Origin: Dudresnaya verticillata
Lineage: Eukaryota
Direction of reading: 5' to 3'
Assembly: GCA_977862235.1 (NCBI GenBank)
Contig: OZ374557.1
Location: 2,666,001-2,730,000 of the forward strand
Length of the DNA: 64,000 nt
Positions 58,885 through 64,000 of this stretch are shown in pieces (the first letter of the stretch is position 1; each line of letters begins with the position of its first letter). The position numbers were made by a program, and so were the translations under genes. A model generated the notes under the pieces. That model was not told the DNA's origin and searched no databases. It worked only from the letters and a program-made list of their open reading frames with translations.

Positions 58885-59039
58885 GCTGTAGGAACTCGTA
58901 AAGAGTCGGGCGTACTCTTCGACATCTAGGCATGTAGCGCGAAATAAACTTTACGGTTGTGTGAGCCCAGAGATGAATTTGATCAGACGAAGCGGTGTGC
59001 GGTGTGGCCATCCGAACGGTTCGGTGGGCGCGCCCATCG

Positions 59040-59640
59040 CGATAGTGGATGCGTGCTTGCATTATGCTGGATGCATGCATCCACACTTGCACTGGTCCCT
59101 TCGCGATGTGTCCATGTTTGATTATATGAGTGGGTGCATGCATCCACCCACATTTCATGCACATAGTGGATGCGTGCTTGAAGTGTGCTGGATGCATGCA
59201 TCCACACTTGCACTGGTGGGCGCGCGCTGCCCATGTTTGATGATATGAGTGCTTGCAGTGTGCTGGATGCATGCATCCACACTTGCACTGGTGGGCGCGC
59301 CCTTTGCGATGTGCCCACGTTTGATGATATGAGTGCTTGCAGTGTGCTGGATGCATGCATCCACACTTGCACTGGTGGGCGCGCCCTTCGCGATGTGCCC
59401 ATGTTTGATGATATGAGTGGGTGCATGCATCCACCCACATTTCATGCACACACTCTTATGTAGTGGATGCATGCTGACAGCATGCTGGATGCATGCATCC
59501 ATACTTGCATTGGGTGCAAAAATGCAGTGCGGTAGTCCGTATGCGTGCGGACTACCACGGTGCACCGAACCGCAGTGGTGGGCGATATCTCCATGATTGG
59601 GGCTTGATGTCGTGTGTGGATGCATGCATCCACGGACATC
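59040..59640. repeat. Intergenic tandem array (75-121 bp units) built on the palindrome TGGATGCATGCATCCA
   Basis: Perfect GGATGCATGCATCC at 59069, 59190, 59265, 59349, 59487, 59618; variants near 59132 and 59420. Confidence 0.92.
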
Positions 59641-59799
59641 CACGTGCTCAACGCTCCTTGGATGCCCTGGGAAAGCAAGTTTTAAACAGCTCAGGGCACG
59701 TACACATTTATTGATGTAATAAGAGAGGACGCGTCCCTCGTAACATTCTGGTTCTAGGTGTGACACTCCGCAACATAGCAATGATAGGGGTAATCACTA

Positions 59800-61409
59800 C
59801 TAATTAGGGACGTAGTCGTCATCGGAAGACTCATCTGCATTATTAATCAGCGACCGGGCTGGGTCGCTGTTCTCCATACTCAAGCTCTTTTCGGCTTCGC
59901 CAATGTTGTCATCGTCAGGCAATGCATCTGCAGCAGGGATCTTGTCGAGGTTCACGTAATGAAGTCCCAATCCTGATGAGGCAGCCCCTGTCATAGCCAT
60001 GTTTCCGGTCGGGGCACTTGCGGATCCTACACGAGTGCGAGGCTGAATATCAAGCTCATCGACCTGGTCCGACTCGGCGGGCGCCGACGGACAATAATCA
60101 CGTGCAACAGCAATAATGCACCCAGTAGATGTTTTCGCCATTATGAATGCTGCTTGCTCATCTTCCACTTCTCCCTCTGACTGCGATTCCAATTGCTTCT
60201 CTCGCTGGTCTTCTGGAGCACTCCACACCGAAGACGAAGACTCGTTTGCAGTAAGGCTCCCCAAAACGCCTTCTCGCGGATGTCGAAAATGCTGTCGTCC
60301 GAATGAAGCTTCTGGAAGATGTCTTGGGGAGAATAGCACCCTGGGGTGACCCTACACGATTCCAAGTCCTTCGGGTTGACATCGGAGGCATCGTGGTCAT
60401 CCGCACGGAGACAATCCAGCTCTTCCGTTAGCTTCTCCTCCAACTCCGGGTGCTCCACAACAGCTGTCTCGATGCTGAAGATGTTCCTCGGCGCTTCTCT
60501 GAACCGAACTGGTCCTTTAACATTCTTCTTCTGCCTGAAATAGCACCACGTCAACATGCAGGAGCCTGCAATACGAGTGACAATCGGGAGGTCGACAGCG
60601 TAAGAGAATTGGGCGTCTCCACCGATGATAAGGATGTCACCCGCATGCATCCTGTTCTTCCGCGTGGCTTCGGTGTAGAAACTCGACAGCGACAAGAACG
60701 GTGTACTGCCCTTGCCCTTTTCGCGGGGCAGATTAACGATGAAATCACTCGGAGCTACTGTCACCGATGCATACTGACGATTGTACGGCGTTATGCGCAA
60801 GTCACGGGCAGTGCGCTCAGTCTCCGCTCCCAGGAAAAAGAAGACTCTATAGAGGGGCTTCTCGTAGTCGTAGAAGTAGGGGCGCGGGAAGCCATCATCT
60901 GCCGGTGCGAGAAACTGCATCGTGCTAGCTGTGAGTTTCGTCATCTGTAGGACCCGCAGAAACTCCCCAACTGAAGCCACGACGTGGTTCAGAATGCTGT
61001 CACGAGGCAGCACCGACCGCGCTGTGAAGAACATCGCGCGGGAGCCATGTCCGACAGCAGTATCAAACTCATCCACGAATGCCTTCCCTTTCCTTGCCAT
61101 CTCCTTCCAATCGGCCAACCACATACCGTAGGACTTCTTATTCCCCTTCTCGGAGGGGGCAGTCTTCGCGAGGTCGGCCAACCCCGGGTAAAGCATACCC
61201 AGCCAGCGGATGCGTCCATCTTCTTTCATGGCATTGTGCCAAGTGCCACAAGAGTGGTGAGTAAGGAGAGGCAAGAAGTTCAACTTCCGCGTTGGCATTC
61301 CCAGACAACGCAGCGACTTGCCCAGATGCGGCAGTATCTCGGAATCATCCAGAACTGGCATGGTTGGGTGGGAAGGCGTGGTGGTTGGGTGGGAAGGCGT
61401 GGTAGGCAT
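59800..61409 (-). pseudogene. Unknown gene B' (homologue of B), 422 aa core plus frameshifted acidic tail
   Basis: ORFs 60141-61409 and 59800-60339; collinear motif matches to B. Confidence 0.8.
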
Positions 61410-62106
61410 GGAGCGAAGGGGATCGATGAGAGTGATAGAAAAGCCGCAGTCGCCACTGCCCGTCGATATCCAGCTGGAGGAGCAACTGTGGTGTGCAGTT
61501 GGGGTGGGTGGGTGTGGGAAGACCTGTCTCTTTGGGAGTCATGAGACGGCTGAAATGTGCAGAAGACGGATCGAAATAGTGACGGTTCGCATCTACGTGA
61601 TTGGGTGAAAAGAACGGTCGGCAGCAGACACGGGGAAATGAGACGGGATAGGCACCATTTGAGTGGCCGTTCACGATTATGATCAGATGAAGCCCATCAA
61701 TCGGTACTTGGAATTACAGCATTACTGTTACAAAATATCTTGCGAAAGCGGTTACAATATATCGGGATGCCCATGCATTCGGGCCAGGATATCATGGTTA
61801 ACGTGGATGCATGCATCCTGCCTGGCCACCCTATCGATATCGAAATGTGTACACAGACAGATTAGTGTAAAGGGTAATGTTACTTACGGATGCTGGATGC
61901 ATTCATCTACTCTAGCACCGATAGTACCATTTCCGATATCAAAAGATAATTGGGTTCTTTTAAAAGTGTAAAATGCTGCCAGTTGCGCTGGCTAGCACGC
62001 GGTGTGCCATATGCGAAGACGAGTGTATGTAGACGACTGAAGCGGATTAAGAAGACATGGAGTAAGAACACTTCTTACTAAGCAAACGCCGTTAGTGTGT
62101 AAAAGC

Positions 62107-63614
62107 CTAACGTAGACCGCCACAAGAGCCGCGAGGTCTCTTCCGTGGCAAAATCCTGCTGCAGACAGGCTCTTGCCTTGATGCGTGAGTACTGCCACAA
62201 GTGTGCAACACACGTGAAGGAAAGCGTGTTTGCAGTATTTGAAGCCTCTGCATATAAGCCACCGCCGCTGGGATTAGACAGACGTGTTTTCGTGAAAAGC
62301 CTTTCACCCACAACCCTTTCCAAGAAGTGACGCGGGAAAGCGCGACGTAAGCTTGCCCAGGTTTCCAAGAACCGGGGGCTGTGAAATCAATTGCCACATG
62401 ACGAAGAGTCAAGCCTTGTGACCTATGCACAGTCAGTGCGTACGCAGGGACGAAAGCGAATTGGGAACGCGTTGCTACAATGTTTGCCAAACGGTCTCTG
62501 ACATGGAAGTTGTGCGGGGCTACTATGCTTTCGAGACCTGTCTGTGCATGTTTGATTTTGATCCGCTCAATTCGCCCATTGGATTCGCACTCAACGTCGA
62601 GGACCGTAGCGCGATCTCCAGGAAGAAAACTCGCTATTTTGCGAGTGAGGAGCACTTGGCAGCCTTTCGCAACTCGCACCAATTTCTCCGCAGTGCCGTC
62701 TAGACTGCACTTTCCCTGTGACTCTTGTTCGGGTTTTCATAACTGTCTCTCGCAATATTCTCATAGATAGTAGTTCCCAACTCAGAGAGAGCTTTGTCAT
62801 TCTTCTGCTGGACCTGTCGACGATATCGAAAGAGAACAGTGTGTGTCGCCGGTGGATGGATGCAGTCTACTGAAGTTTTGTTTAGTTCACAAATGTCATT
62901 ACCTGTCATTGTGTTCTTTCGGACGCGTTGCAGTAGGTTGAACAACTTCTCGTCACCTTTCTGACGGTGGTTGTGCGAAAGACATGCAACTGCGCCAGTT
63001 CCAAGACCACCGAACGTCATAATCCACGTCCAAAGCACGAAAAATCGTTCCGTTTTCTTCCAAAGTGGCATCCTTATGTCCAATGGGTTCCAACTGAAAT
63101 GGATCCCCCGCCACTATCACCTGTCTCCTTCCAAACGGAAAACAACTCCACCTATCGTCATCTGTAAGTCTTCTCAGCACATAGTCCATCGCCTCGAAAA
63201 TTGCAGCGGTGATCTGAGTTATTTCATCCAATACAAGTACTTTCATGCGACGAAGTTCCATTTCTCGTTCCCCGTGCTGCAAGACGAAAGTAAGAAGCTG
63301 TGGGCCATTGAACGGCCAATTTGATGGAGCGCAGAAGAGCCTGCATATTGTCATTCCCTCCATTACGGAAGCTGCAGCATTTGTCTGTGCACAAGCGCAG
63401 ACAACAGGGTACTGTCCAGTTGTAACGCTTGCCTCTCGCAACATGCAGTGAAGCAGAAACGTCTTTCCACAACCCCCGCCCCCGAGGAGGGCTACAGAGA
63501 GTCCTTTATTGAACACTGAAAAGCAACAAAGTTGAACGGGTCCAAGTTCTCCTTCCCGACATTCGCATTTGCGAGATCATTGTCGTTTCTGTTCCCCGAA
63601 GCTTGGGATGGCAT
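62107..63614 (-). pseudogene. Second stand-alone PIF1-family helicase, frameshifted
   Basis: GGGGCGKT, LVLDEITQI, PFGRRQVIVAGDPFQL, RSQFAFVPAYALTVHRSQGLTL, GQAYVALSR; shares the unusual FGG(L/F)GTGAVA segment with copy 1. Confidence 0.93.
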
Positions 63615-64000
63615 GAAAAGAGCGCAATTACCAGTACTGGAGTATGAAAAAGCCGCTGCGGGAGTCGGGGGGTAAGAGGATGAGATAAAGGGGAGGACAA
63701 AGGGGAAAAGGATGTTTACAAGGCCAGCGTCTCGCTACAGATGGGGAATAGAGGATCGGATCGATACGAAAGAGCCTACCCCTAAACTTGGGGCCTTTAC
63801 CCCGCGATAAAATCTTCGGAATCCTAAGCCATCGCAACATACCGTTTCGGTTCGGAATGTTTTGGCGGGAGACGGGTATAACCCTGGTGTTCTCGCTCCA
63901 TACCAAGTACCACCCAGCTCAGCAAGAGGGATGGAAAAGAGACCTGTGCATCGTCGACCCTCATCCTCATTGGTACTTTATTGTTCCCTTCCGTTGTGTA

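Noticed and set aside
59040..59640. CRISPR-like array of palindromic repeats
   Set aside because: Sequences between the palindromes are themselves repeated, unit length varies, and no cas genes are present
58799..59781. His/Cys-rich repeat proteins predicted over the palindrome array
   Set aside because: Open in several frames on both strands; translations of a DNA tandem repeat
14293..63614. Calling the PIF1 genes Helitrons
   Set aside because: No HUH/Y2 Rep domain fused upstream of either helicase, and no convincing hairpin-CTRR terminus found
63620..64000. Possible further LTR at the right edge
   Set aside because: No TG...CA boundary, PBS or second copy; equally consistent with the pyrimidine-rich leader of PIF1'

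Overview
Eukaryotic, repeat-derived window with no ordinary host gene, rRNA, tRNA or CRISPR array recognisable. The host may be algal; that is an impression only and is unverified. About two thirds is four nested Ty3/Gypsy LTR retrotransposons (E1 1-9712 minus, E4 remnant 9713-14285 plus, E3 29144-55189 plus, E2 39921-54111 minus inside E3). E1-E3 have chromodomain integrases and share one PBS. Each element has an antisense ORF after pol, and three of these share a conserved motif. E2 has its 3' LTR inverted in place and a duplicated integrase. The non-LTR DNA (14286-29143 and 55190-64000, contiguous once E3 is removed) holds two diverged, decayed copies of an unrecognised gene cassette. Each copy has a convergent pair of unknown genes (A/B, A'/B') and a stand-alone PIF1 helicase. 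Copy 1 also has a prokaryote-type beta-class N6-adenine/N4-cytosine DNA methyltransferase and a Ulp1/C48 protease. Each cassette carries many copies of its own palindrome (GACGCATGCGTC vs GGATGCATGCATCC), even inside coding sequence. This cassette is the best candidate for an undescribed system. All alignments and counts were made by eye.
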